Below, in pieces: positions 9,896 to 20,665 of a stretch of 38,574 bases of DNA. Position 1 is the stretch's first letter. Each line of letters begins with the position of its first letter. The notes under the pieces are model-generated. The model was not told where the DNA came from, did not search any database, and saw nothing but the letters and a program-made list of their open reading frames with translations. Source of the stretch: Trichomonas gallinae (lineage: Eukaryota); NCBI GenBank assembly GCA_008369845.1, contig MRSU01003756.1:1-38574 (forward strand), read 5' to 3'. The translations under genes and the position numbers were made by a program.

Positions 9896-12800
9896 TTAAA
9901 TGACAGTCTTTGTCTTAACATCTTCGAGAACACCACCGAGAACTCCCTGCACAGACTGCCTGAATTCAGCTAATGCAGATCCATCCTTAGCAATAATGAC
10001 AGCTCTCAGGAATCTTACGAGCGCAGAGTGAACCTGTGCCATGATAGTGTTCGTATTCGTGCTCTGATATGCGGGCAATAATCTGCCAGCGATTCTGACA
10101 GTTTTATTATCAGATAATTTCCTGAAGAATTCTTCGAGGTTCTTCTTGATTGGCTCGTCAGTCTTCTTTCCGAATCTCTCTGATTCGAAGAACTTCTCCA
10201 TCTCAATGAGCTGCTTAGCCAATTGAGGCAAAATGAGAATCATGCAGTAAGATACATTTTCATCCAATGAGTTGAATGCATCTTCGAATTTCTTCGTGAG
10301 TTCAGGCGATTGCAGGATAAACTGCATGAATCCTTTCTGAGACAAAAGCGCGTTTCTGAATGTTCGCCATAATGCTATCCTTGTCTCCATCTTTATGTCT
10401 TTCTCGACGATTGTATCAAATACATATGTCCAGATTGGATTCTGGTTAGCTTTAGCTGCCTCGAGCAAATCGTTCTTGTAAAGAACTTTAAGGCATCTAA
10501 CTAAATCGAATTCTGTTATAAGAATATATCTCTTCGAGATAATTGTATTCGCGAGATCCTTCAAGTCACATCTATCCTTGCAGTAGATGGACTGATAGTC
10601 TCTCATCATGCCGAGTAAAAGCGTGAGAGCTCTGACGTAGTATGGATTTTCGAGATTTGGATACTGCTTCTTTAGTTCGGAAAGATATGCTTTCTTCTTT
10701 TCTATCTTTCTGACTTCTTTATTTGGCGGGTTTTGAGCTGCTCCACCTTGTCCGCCTTCAGGAGCCGGCTCTTTGACTTTGATGACTGGCTCTGGGCAGA
10801 GATGATCAATATAAGCTTTGTAGAGGTGAAGTGGGAATGGCCTATAATCAAATTCAGCATTGTTGCATCTGAAGAGAGTGAAAACGTCGAGAATGTATCT
10901 ATGCATAATCGATGGTGGTCCTTCGAACATTCTAAGAACTGTAGAAGGCTTCTGGTTGAGGATCTGGATACGTAATGCGAGTGATGAGTCGCTGTGCATG
11001 ATCAACTGCCAAAGAGAACAAGCATCTCTCTTAATCATCGCTTTAATTTCGTCTGTGTATGCAATTTGTTTGTCAGACAGGGATGATTTATCTGGGATAC
11101 TTGATTTATCTGGGTTAATCGCTTGCTGGAAGAACTTTAATAAATCATGAGTCGCGAAAACACGAATAAGACGTGAGTATTCGGTTTCAACGATAGTTCT
11201 CAACAGCCTGAAGTAGAACATGTGGACTAAAGGCTTGGGACTCATGAAACCAGACTGAATAACTGGAAAAGTAACATCACTCATAACAATATCTGATAAT
11301 CTGCAGAAGCACTTGTGAATGAGCGGCCTGATGATGTTGAAGAACGGGAAGAAGCGGTCAGGTGATGTGAAAACTGCGCATTGTAAGCATTTGAGTAGTT
11401 GTGCTTGTCTGAAATCGTTAGCCATCTGCTCGAGCTGATGGTCTACCTTCGCCTCTCGTTCGACATCGATGGCGGCAGCGAGTTCGTCTTCGGGTAGATC
11501 TGCTAATGCGAATGAGAATGGCGTGCAGAACGTTAAAAGTTCGATAAACCTCTCGAGATGTGGTAAGAGGAGGTCAAGGACTTGTTCGCTGGTGGAACTA
11601 AGGCCCAGGAAGAACTGTGCTGTAATACTGCATCTAATTAAGAACCTCATTGAGTTAGAAAGGGCGGAGAACTCGACGAGGCCTGCGACGGTGAGTCTCT
11701 TGGAGAGGAGGCCACCAACAAGGTCGCCGCTTGGAAGTTTTTCGTATAAGAAATTCAAATATTGACGCGGCGAAAGATCAGCGATGAGGAATGATTTGAC
11801 GTCAGATTGCAACAAGCCCAATAGATTTGTCGTTTCTTTTTTAACGTCGACTGCTGATGAATCGTATAAATCTGGCTGCGCGAGGAAACCAACGTCAAGC
11901 GTCATCAATTCGCGACGGCGGATCTGAGTGTGAGAAAGCCCCTTGAGTGTAGTATATGGAACTCCATATTGAAGATATGAGTTAAGAATCGCTGTAGCTG
12001 TAGTAGTGCCTGCGTGTGGTGGCGTGAATGTCTTTGATTGGTGCACGATACCCTTGACTTTATCTGTTGAAGGTACGAGCGCTGTGAGTTGTTTTTGTGT
12101 TTTCTTGTATTTTTTAAGTAGTTTCTTGAGAGCCTTCTCAGAGGATTTTCCTCCGCACTCGAAGTTGGTGATCGGCTTCGGTGGTTTTACTGGGTCTCTC
12201 GGTTTGTATGGAGGGACAATGCTTGGATTTCCTTCAACAGGAAGGTCAGAGAGCTCTCCAAGCTCGCTGGGAGCGGGTGGGATAATCTCTAATGTCTGTA
12301 CTAACGACGCCCAGCGAAGAGAAGCGTCTTCGTAATCATCGAAATATTCATATAAGAATGGATCTGGGCGCTGAGGGATAAGTTCTGTAGTCCAAGCATT
12401 CTTCGATTCGATGTACGCATGGATTGGGACTGGTTTTTCGTTCAAACCTGCATACGGAAGATTATCATCTTGATTGTATGGAGTTCCATTGTGTAATATA
12501 GTTTCTACTGCCATTTGGTTTGCAGGTTGAGCAGGAGAAGTGAATGGGTTGAATGTACGCTTCAGTTTTGCTCTTGTAACTGGATCTTCGCGATCTGCTT
12601 GTGGAATGATTTCTGGTCTTGTTGGGCGAGGTAGCGAGTGAGATATTGTCTGTGGGAGGGCAATTTTCGATGAGAATTGTGCAACAGCTTGTTCCCATTC
12701 GCCAACTGATAATTGATATTCTGCGAGATTGTCGAAATCGTCTGGATTTGGCATCCTTGGGAATGAATCGAATTCTTTTAGTTTTACGTAGTGTTGGTTG

Positions 12801-12970
12801 TATAATTCCATGTGAGGACCAGCGAATGTTGGAACAGATCTCGGATCTTGGAACGGCTCGGGTGGCGTAAAGTTATATTTCGGTATTGTATACTCTCTAT
12901 CGAGGTTTGTCTTAAATGTGCGCGAGTCTGAAACAGCTCCGCTGTCTGTTTCAGGACAAAGAATTGACAT
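9896..12970 (-). CDS. Hypothetical protein: Pro-rich N-terminus with a repeated motif, helical (ARM/HEAT-like) C-terminus (1024 aa)
   Basis: Long uninterrupted ORF with coding-like GC; Leu-rich amphipathic helices from about residue 380; no family recognised. Confidence 0.8.
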   Translation of the reverse strand: MSILCPETDSGAVSDSRTFKTNLDREYTIPKYNFTPPEPFQDPRSVPTFAGPHMELYNQHYVKLKEFDSFPRMPNPDDFDNLAEYQLSVGEWEQAVAQFSSKIALPQTISHSLPRPTRPEIIPQADREDPVTRAKLKRTFNPFTSPAQPANQMAVETILHNGTPYNQDDNLPYAGLNEKPVPIHAYIESKNAWTTELIPQRPDPFLYEYFDDYEDASLRWASLVQTLEIIPPAPSELGELSDLPVEGNPSIVPPYKPRDPVKPPKPITNFECGGKSSEKALKKLLKKYKKTQKQLTALVPSTDKVKGIVHQSKTFTPPHAGTTTATAILNSYLQYGVPYTTLKGLSHTQIRRRELMTLDVGFLAQPDLYDSSAVDVKKETTNLLGLLQSDVKSFLIADLSPRQYLNFLYEKLPSGDLVGGLLSKRLTVAGLVEFSALSNSMRFLIRCSITAQFFLGLSSTSEQVLDLLLPHLERFIELLTFCTPFSFALADLPEDELAAAIDVEREAKVDHQLEQMANDFRQAQLLKCLQCAVFTSPDRFFPFFNIIRPLIHKCFCRLSDIVMSDVTFPVIQSGFMSPKPLVHMFYFRLLRTIVETEYSRLIRVFATHDLLKFFQQAINPDKSSIPDKSSLSDKQIAYTDEIKAMIKRDACSLWQLIMHSDSSLALRIQILNQKPSTVLRMFEGPPSIMHRYILDVFTLFRCNNAEFDYRPFPLHLYKAYIDHLCPEPVIKVKEPAPEGGQGGAAQNPPNKEVRKIEKKKAYLSELKKQYPNLENPYYVRALTLLLGMMRDYQSIYCKDRCDLKDLANTIISKRYILITEFDLVRCLKVLYKNDLLEAAKANQNPIWTYVFDTIVEKDIKMETRIALWRTFRNALLSQKGFMQFILQSPELTKKFEDAFNSLDENVSYCMILILPQLAKQLIEMEKFFESERFGKKTDEPIKKNLEEFFRKLSDNKTVRIAGRLLPAYQSTNTNTIMAQVHSALVRFLRAVIIAKDGSALAEFRQSVQGVLGGVLEDVKTKTVI

Positions 12971-13803
12971 TATTACTTTATGGCGGTTTTTGTAAATTAA
13001 ATTATTTCAAAAATTATTTTTCTTTTCGTTTTTATTCGATATTTATATAGTACTCATATGTAGTTTCACTTTTTGCCATATGATTATAGGAAAATTTCAA
13101 TGATGTGATAATCACTAACCTTATTTTCCCGACCAAAGAATCTTCTCAAATTATTCTATGATGTTCTCAAATTTATCGTTTTTCTCTCAAACATGCATTC
13201 CATTTTTTACAAAATCCAACTCAGTAACATACTAAAACATATCTAACAAACTCAATATCATCAGAAGCTCTAATAAATTTAATTACCAAAACCAAATATA
13301 ATATGAATTTCCAACAGAATCAAAATATTATTTAGGATTAAATCTCTAAAATAGAATTCATTTCAACCAATAGGGTTATTATATGGGATATAAATCTTTC
13401 TTAATAAAGTTGCGGACATCCAATTTCTGACATTTGTCAAAAATTTATCACTAGTGAATAGAACCACATCTTTTTATCGAGTTTACGTGCCAGAAATATT
13501 TATAACATCTGACATGTAAAATAGCAAATCTAACATACTGTCAGAGATCCTTTTTCGAGCACTACAAAAATCATAGTTTAAATTTTTACTATTACCTAGT
13601 ATATCTTTTTACTTTTTATTTCTGTATGTATAGTCTAATTTGGAAGGATTCCGTTGTGGAGAGTAAATGTCCGCACATTTTTCAAATTAAATTTTAAGGT
13701 TATATTTGAACAACTATGTTTAATTTGAATTTTGTTTTTTGAACTCGACATTATAATTAATGATAAAATTTCAAAAATGAAGTATAAAAGTGACAATTAT
13801 AAA

Positions 13804-14022
13804 ATGTCATCAAAACCTGAAAGAAAAACAACAAATTGCACACTCTGCAAATCCGACTACAGCGAGAAATGCTCTGCCTGCGAAATCCTTGATAGAGATT
13901 CATGCCCATTGGTAACAGGTCATTGCGGATGCATCTTCCACAAGCATTGCATTGACGGATACATCAACGCGCAGCGCAAGAATTGCCCAGAATGCGATGC
14001 ACCATGGGCTCCAACTCAATAA
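13804..14022 (+). CDS. Small APC11/Rbx1-like RING protein (72 aa from ATG 13804)
   Basis: CTLC...CSAC...CPLVTGHCGCIFHKHCI...CPEC...W follows APC11/ROC spacing; AAAGTGAC at 13787 favours ATG 13804 over the track's TTG. Confidence 0.8.
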   Translation: MSSKPERKTTNCTLCKSDYSEKCSACEILDRDSCPLVTGHCGCIFHKHCIDGYINAQRKNCPECDAPWAPTQ

Positions 14023-14405
14023 TTTCATCATTTCAATTCATTATTTATATCTTTCATTAATGCGTTACTAAAAACATCTAATTTATGTTACATACACCAT
14101 TTATTCATAAATAAACTAAGATACGAATCTTGAAATCAACAAATATAGAAAAGTAATATCAATTGATTAATAATTATTTTTAATTTCCTAACGAGATACA
14201 ATATAGAGTTTCATGGCAGAAATTCTGTACATCTATAAATCGACATAAAAAAAAAAAATACTTAATTTTGATTTCGTTTTATCTGTTTGATATTTGATAT
14301 TACATCATTTCCATGAGAAACTCAATGTTCAACATATGAATTTCATCCGTTCAATCAATTTAAAAAAGAAATGATTTGATTAACACGAAATACAAACAAA
14401 ATATT

Positions 14406-16001
14406 TTATGTATATTTTTGATCTATTGAGATTCTCTTCATTGTCTTTCTTCTCTTCAGTTTGTTGGACTTGCTGCCAACGAGACGCTTATATTCATCGA
14501 TGTCTCTAATCTGAGGGAATTTAATTCTTCCCTGTTTCTCCCAAATACCAAGCTGAGCAAGTGTTTGTGCATCACAGTGCTCAGGATCAACCATCACGCG
14601 CTTCTTCTGCTTCTTGACTGTTGTCACGGAGTCGTACATCATGCAAGCTTCATCATAGAAATATGTTGAAATCTTTTTCTCTTCCAAGTGAGAAATAACG
14701 TCACTCATTGCAACACCGAAATCGCGGCGAAGATATTCGACAATCAACATTGTCGAAGTAACAGTGAAATCATCGAAATCCAACATATCGAAAAACTTCC
14801 AGAACATGTTTTCATCGACAGCATCACCTGACATCAAGAAATGCCTGTAATTCATAGCAGCCCTATGCTGCGAGTCACTCTGTATATATCCATGCTGTGC
14901 GATAAACTCTACGAAGTTTTCCCATCGCTTCTTTCTATATGGAAGCGAAGTGTTGTCTTCCATCGCAAGTTTTGACGCTGATTCCCAAGGAGAGATAGGA
15001 ACTCTAGCCAGGCCTTTTCCTGGCCCGATATTGGTTATCCTGTCGAGATCCTGGTTAATCAGATCCAATCTTTTCATGAAGGCTTTTCGACTCTGAAATG
15101 TCGTTTTAATCGAATCGATTCTACTCTTTGATTTCTTGTCGTATTTCTTTTCTAGTCTATCCACAACAAGGTCGCCCTGATTGCGCATTGTGTACAACAG
15201 GTTGACTTCTTCGCGCGTGAATGGTGCTCGAGTTTTACTCCAAAATATTTCTTGCTTATATGGATCGATTAAAAGACTTGGGACTTCTTTGTCGAGTTCA
15301 TCAGCATCGTCAATATCAGTGTGTGGGGTTTCTGTTGGCGGTGGAACTGTGTTTGGTTTCATTAATCCATCTAATGGAAAATCTTCTTCGGTTTCTATTC
15401 CTTCGAATGGCTCAAAGCCATACTTGAATGTTTTTTTGATCTCTTCTTTAATAATTGGAATTGTAGAATCCATTTTGGGTCTAAATGTTTTCATATGAGG
15501 AACTTCTGGAAATGGATTTGCATTTTCGGGTAGTTCTAATGTCTTTTTGATTGTTCTAAAGTTGATTGTTCCGATGTTTTGTATGATGTCGCCTGAATCT
15601 TTATTGTGTAAAATGCAATGTGAATTTCTTCGTTTTCTTTCCTCAATTTCTTGTTGTTTTTGTAATTTCAGTCTGTTTTTCTCTTCTTCTTGCTGTTTAG
15701 CTTCTTGTATATAAAGATCTTCGTCAGAATTATCGTCGATAATTGCTTTCATTAAATCTTTTGTTCTATGAATTGAATTTTCACTTTGCTTTTGAACTTC
15801 TACGACTGACTGTGCATATTGCGATTCGTGTAATAAAGGCAGACCTTTTTCAATATTCTTAATTGTTCCGTTTGTTATCCATGCATTCGGATCTACTGGC
15901 CTTTTCACACCCTCTTTGACAAATATACGATTTGACGTGGCTTTAAACTTGATGTCCTTTGGAGTATACGGAAAAGGTATAATTTCAGTATCATCCAACA
16001 T
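14406..16001 (-). CDS. Hypothetical protein (~531 aa, start MLDDTEII)
   Basis: Long ORF. The track start at 16091 is a TTG inside AT-rich promoter DNA; the first ATG is at 16001. Short coiled coil (QEAKQQEEEK...). Confidence 0.8.
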   Translation of the reverse strand: MLDDTEIIPFPYTPKDIKFKATSNRIFVKEGVKRPVDPNAWITNGTIKNIEKGLPLLHESQYAQSVVEVQKQSENSIHRTKDLMKAIIDDNSDEDLYIQEAKQQEEEKNRLKLQKQQEIEERKRRNSHCILHNKDSGDIIQNIGTINFRTIKKTLELPENANPFPEVPHMKTFRPKMDSTIPIIKEEIKKTFKYGFEPFEGIETEEDFPLDGLMKPNTVPPPTETPHTDIDDADELDKEVPSLLIDPYKQEIFWSKTRAPFTREEVNLLYTMRNQGDLVVDRLEKKYDKKSKSRIDSIKTTFQSRKAFMKRLDLINQDLDRITNIGPGKGLARVPISPWESASKLAMEDNTSLPYRKKRWENFVEFIAQHGYIQSDSQHRAAMNYRHFLMSGDAVDENMFWKFFDMLDFDDFTVTSTMLIVEYLRRDFGVAMSDVISHLEEKKISTYFYDEACMMYDSVTTVKKQKKRVMVDPEHCDAQTLAQLGIWEKQGRIKFPQIRDIDEYKRLVGSKSNKLKRRKTMKRISIDQKYT

Positions 16002-16159
16002 AATTTTTGACAAAATCTTTGACAAAATTTCATTTATTTGGCAAATAATTCTTATAATAACGTATATTTGACAGTTTACTTTTTTTGACAATCATAAATT
16101 ACATGTCAATAATCATTTTGCATAGATGCATCCTTCTTTATATAAACGTACTAGCAACT

Positions 16160-16654
16160 ATGAGTATGGAACATTATATGGCAGTCAGCAAAAATATCTA
16201 AGAATTGATGGATATTCCCAAAATAAAACCGAATTTTGATAAAATCTACGAAATTTTCAAAAGAATTGCAACCGAAAAAGACAAAGATGCCATGTCATTT
16301 TCCATCTTACGGAAATTTGTTCACGTGACAGAATACGATTGATTTATTAGCTTATCCAAAAGAAAGTGTGTTATCCAAAGGACAAAGATGCCATGGCCAC
16401 AACATCTTCACTAAAGCAGTCGCTGGTAACAAGCAAGATCTGATCAGTCATATGATTGCATTTGGTGTTGACATTGAATAGAGCTTTGATTTGTGCTTCA
16501 AGATTTGGTTGTCATGATGTTGTCAAACTGCTTCTCACTGTTCCTGGAATAGATGTCAAAAGAGAAACACAAAAATACAGCTTTGATGTATGCTTCAGAA
16601 GAAGGTCATCATGATGTAGTTAAAATGTAGAAAGATCATGGTGCAATAGAATAA
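16160..16654 (+). pseudogene. Degraded ankyrin-repeat gene
   Basis: Frameshifted and stop-interrupted segments HGHNIFTKAVAGNKQDLISHMIAFGVDIE, RALICASRFGCHDVVKLLLTVPGIDVK and NTALMYASEEGHHDVVKM*KDHGAIE*. Confidence 0.85.
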
Positions 16655-17389
16655 TTTATGGATTTTAACTTTATAAATGATTCTATTTTGACGAAATTCC
16701 CAACAAAAATTAAACAGATGAGTTTTAAAACAGATTTTTTTCCTCTACATATTATTCAATTTTTGAAATCATCATTTTCTTGTAGCAAATTTATTAAATT
16801 TTGAATGTATTAACATGTAGATACATACAAGTTTGCTACCTAAGGTGGTCCCTATATTTGAGTGCTTTTTAATCGTTTTTTTCTCTCAATTCCTCTCAAT
16901 AGGGGTCACCTTCTGTCAACAAGTTTATATAGAATTTTTTTTTTAAAAAAACAAGAAGTTATGAAATTAATTTTACATGACGGATAGTCATATTATGGTG
17001 ATATTTGTATAATTTTCATGTCAGGTATATCACCTTATGTTAAAATTTTATGCTCGATTTTATAAAAAAATCTCCTTTTCTAGAAGTTTTTACCTCCAAA
17101 CATTGTTAGCAAAAAGTGAAACTACTATCTTATTCATTAATCTTATGCAAAGTGCATAGAGTATTCTTTATATAGAATATATTTGACAAATATCAGGATA
17201 TTTGAATTATTTACAAATCATATTTTGACAAATATCAGTTTACATATCAAATTCATCAAATATCCGACATTTTATTTATTTTTGACACTTTACATTATTT
17301 TGAATGTTTTACAGTGTCAAAAATGACAAAATCTTTGCCAAAATTGATTTTTGAATGTTGTCTGTTTACAATAAAACAAAAATTTCGAA

Positions 17390-20300
17390 ATGAACTCTTT
17401 TAAGGACTATGTTTTCTCGGAAAAGATCCCTGAGGACTGCAATCGTCCCATTGTCGTGAAAGCATTGTCCAAAACGTCAGGAAAATTCTTCGCAATGAAA
17501 TATTTCCCTTCAGAGAGTCTCAAGAATATCGAAAAGAAAACAATTTACAGATTGATCAATGTCCTTTCTTCTCTTTACAACCCGCATATCACATACATCA
17601 ACGAAATAATGTACAAAACAAATCCAGATGAAGCATTCATCGCTTTAGAATGGTGCGATGGATCTTCCGTTAAAAATACGCTCGACAGATTCAGCACACT
17701 TCCAGAAAAACTCGTTGGAAGATACACATACGAAATGATCAAAGGATTAGAGTTTTTACACAGTCAAGGCCAAGTTCATAAAAATCTTAAAGCAGCAAAC
17801 TTGCTTTTGGCGAGTGGTGTCCTAAAATTATCTGACTTTGGACTTAGTGCTGAAGTTTCCACTCGTTCAATTAACGAACATCCTTACTGGGCAGCTCCTG
17901 AAGTTATCGAATCTCGCACATTTTCAAATAAAAGCGATATATGGTCCGTCGGCGCAACAATTATCGAATTACTCACAGGAAAACCACCTTTCAGCGAACT
18001 TCCTCCTGAAGAAGCAAGAATTAAAATCTTAAATGAAACGCCACCAATTCCTGCGAAGGCTTCTGCTCACTTGCAGGACTTCTTGTGCGCTTGCTTCGCG
18101 AAAAATCCAGATGAAAGACCTTCAACTGAAGAATGTTATAATTTCTTCTTCGTTAAAAAAGCCATGGAAGAGCTTGGCGAGAAGCGCGAAACAGCTGCAA
18201 AGCCAACACTCAGGGCGCCAAACTCTATATCAGTGCTTCCACTCTCAGCGCCAAAGGAAAGACCGAAAATGAACATTGACGATTTCCATTTCTCCGACAG
18301 TGACACATCTAATGACCAAAAGGAAGCCAAGAAGCCTGATGTTAAAGCGCCAGGAACACAGCCAATCGTTAAGAAGACCGGTCTCGCGAAATTCGAAGAT
18401 TCTGGTGATGACGATTTCGACATTAAATCAAGAAAGCTGAATGTATCAGACAAACTTGCTCTTCAGCCAACGAAAGTCACACAGCTCAAAACACAGACAA
18501 GAGGTGAGCTTAGAGATGATGATATCAATGATGGCTTGGAAGATGAAGAGTTCAACTTCAAGAAAGGAGCTGCTCCGATCTCAATTTCACCAAATGGACC
18601 ACGTCGTGTTGCTTTTGTCGACATTCCAGACGAAAAGCCGCAGCCAAAGACAAACCCTGCAGCACCTTCAGCTTCATTGGACTTCCCAGCACTGAAAGTA
18701 CAGCCCCAGAAGAAGGCATTCGAAGGAAACGAAGAACTCAAGCAGTATGCTGATGATGACTTCGACTTCCCTGATGATGGAGATACAGGAGCAAGTGATG
18801 GACCACTTTCTATCTCAATGCCTGTCCAGAAGAAAGCAATCAACTTAGATTTGTTCAACGACAGCGACGAGAACGATGAGGAACTGTTCGCGCACAGAAT
18901 CGAAGTCGAAGAAATGAAGAAGCGTTTGATTATTGTCATCAAATCGATTTCGACAACAATGTCACGCAGCGAACTTCAATTTGCTTTCTCAGAAGTCTTG
19001 GATATTATCAAGAAAGATGGAACTGTTCGTTCTTGCATCATCGAACAGCAGGGTTTGATGCCTATCATCGAAATCATCGAATTCGGTAATGATCTTCCGG
19101 AAGAATTAGTTCTTGAGGTTATTTATGAGATGATTCAGAACCACAAGAAGCTCAAAGAGAACTTCTGCCTTTTGGGTGGTATCCCTCCTGTTCTCAAATT
19201 CCTCAAAGACACAAGCTACTCGAAAGAAATCAGAACAAGAGCGATGAAGATCACATCGGAGATCTGCAGGAACTCAGGTGACCACAAGAATGAAACAAAC
19301 GACAACATTCAGATGTTCATTTCTTGCAACGGCATTGCAGCTTTAGTTGAGACACTCCAGTTCGATATTGAAGAAGAGTGCGACTTAGTATTACAGTCCA
19401 TCCACTCAATCAACGAGATATTGATCGCGAAGTCTGGTATTCAAGTTTCAGATTTCTGCAGGCTCTTCATGAGCGCAGGCTTGATTGAGCCGCTCAGCAG
19501 AGTTTTGATCTTGCTTGTCAACATGAAGAAGAAAGAGCACCAGAAGGCTATAGACACAGTCTGCGAAATCATGCACAAGCTCAGCCAGGCTGATACAAAA
19601 GTCAGACTTGCGATGGCTGAGAGAGATGTTATGGGCAACATTGTACAGTGCATGTATGACCAAGATACAGATTCTGTCAGGAGAGAACTGCCTGTCTCTG
19701 ATATATTGCTTCTCTGCAAAGCGATCAAAGTTATTTCTGTTGTCTCTGATACAAGAGACAGCCTTGCACAAGCTGGTGTCATGCAGATGGCTTGCGCAAT
19801 GGTTAAAGCAGAGTTCGACAAAACAGATGCTGTTGCAATCCACGCGAACCTTATTCAAGTCCTTTCTTCTATGTGTAAGCTTTCCAAGGAGAGACTTGAA
19901 GTCGTGGCGAGAAGCTCACTCATTTCATCGCTCAGACCATATCTTGACTCAGACACTGAACTCAAGGCGCTCGTCATGTACATGCTCATTGATTTCCCGA
20001 AGGTCGCTTATCAGAACAAAGACGTTATGATCAAGTTGATCGATGACAAACTTATAGAGATTTACATTTCCACACTCACCCAGCAATATTGGGGCGCTAG
20101 AGCTATGGCAGCTATTGCTATGCTTGCAAGTGACCCAGACTTCGGTATATACCCAATCTTGATGACAGACGAAAGTTTGGCTAAGTTCAGGGATGGCATT
20201 GATACTGTCAACTACGAAAATGCTCCAACAATGCTGCAGAGATTGAACGAAATCTGCAAGAACTCAAAGGACTTCACTATCAAACTCACCGACCAGACTT

Positions 20301-20533
20301 TCCTTAACATTGTTAGAGCCAAGCTTTCGACAGCCAAGTCTTTGCCATCTGACTCTCAGATTCCAGTCGCAATCTTGGAGTTGATAGCGACAATTTTCAG
20401 CGACCTCAGCCAGCAGCAGATGTCTAAATTAGAAAAGAGCTTCACCCCAGATATCAAGACATTCGCTGAGAAAGGTAACATCAAGCAGAAAGGCACTGCA
20501 TTGAAGATTTTGAAATTCTTCGAAAGCTCATAG
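17390..20533 (+). CDS. Cdc15/SepH/MAP3K-epsilon-like STE kinase-fold protein with C-terminal ARM repeats; probable pseudokinase (1047 aa)
   Basis: Kinase fold (AMK, LKAANLL, DFG, PYWAAPE, SDIWSVG); acidic linker; ARM region motifs GLMPIIEI, ENFCLLGGIP, QMFISCNG and DFCRLF, typical of SepH/MAP3Ke. Confidence 0.85.
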   Translation: MNSFKDYVFSEKIPEDCNRPIVVKALSKTSGKFFAMKYFPSESLKNIEKKTIYRLINVLSSLYNPHITYINEIMYKTNPDEAFIALEWCDGSSVKNTLDRFSTLPEKLVGRYTYEMIKGLEFLHSQGQVHKNLKAANLLLASGVLKLSDFGLSAEVSTRSINEHPYWAAPEVIESRTFSNKSDIWSVGATIIELLTGKPPFSELPPEEARIKILNETPPIPAKASAHLQDFLCACFAKNPDERPSTEECYNFFFVKKAMEELGEKRETAAKPTLRAPNSISVLPLSAPKERPKMNIDDFHFSDSDTSNDQKEAKKPDVKAPGTQPIVKKTGLAKFEDSGDDDFDIKSRKLNVSDKLALQPTKVTQLKTQTRGELRDDDINDGLEDEEFNFKKGAAPISISPNGPRRVAFVDIPDEKPQPKTNPAAPSASLDFPALKVQPQKKAFEGNEELKQYADDDFDFPDDGDTGASDGPLSISMPVQKKAINLDLFNDSDENDEELFAHRIEVEEMKKRLIIVIKSISTTMSRSELQFAFSEVLDIIKKDGTVRSCIIEQQGLMPIIEIIEFGNDLPEELVLEVIYEMIQNHKKLKENFCLLGGIPPVLKFLKDTSYSKEIRTRAMKITSEICRNSGDHKNETNDNIQMFISCNGIAALVETLQFDIEEECDLVLQSIHSINEILIAKSGIQVSDFCRLFMSAGLIEPLSRVLILLVNMKKKEHQKAIDTVCEIMHKLSQADTKVRLAMAERDVMGNIVQCMYDQDTDSVRRELPVSDILLLCKAIKVISVVSDTRDSLAQAGVMQMACAMVKAEFDKTDAVAIHANLIQVLSSMCKLSKERLEVVARSSLISSLRPYLDSDTELKALVMYMLIDFPKVAYQNKDVMIKLIDDKLIEIYISTLTQQYWGARAMAAIAMLASDPDFGIYPILMTDESLAKFRDGIDTVNYENAPTMLQRLNEICKNSKDFTIKLTDQTFLNIVRAKLSTAKSLPSDSQIPVAILELIATIFSDLSQQQMSKLEKSFTPDIKTFAEKGNIKQKGTALKILKFFESS

Positions 20534-20665
20534 ATTATATAATTTTATTTTTACTATGATTTATTGTTATGTATCAGGATTCACTTATAAAACTATTTTT
20601 TTTTTCAACTTTTTGAAATCTTCATTCCGATTATTGCTATAAAAAGCATTTCTCATATTTCTCGA

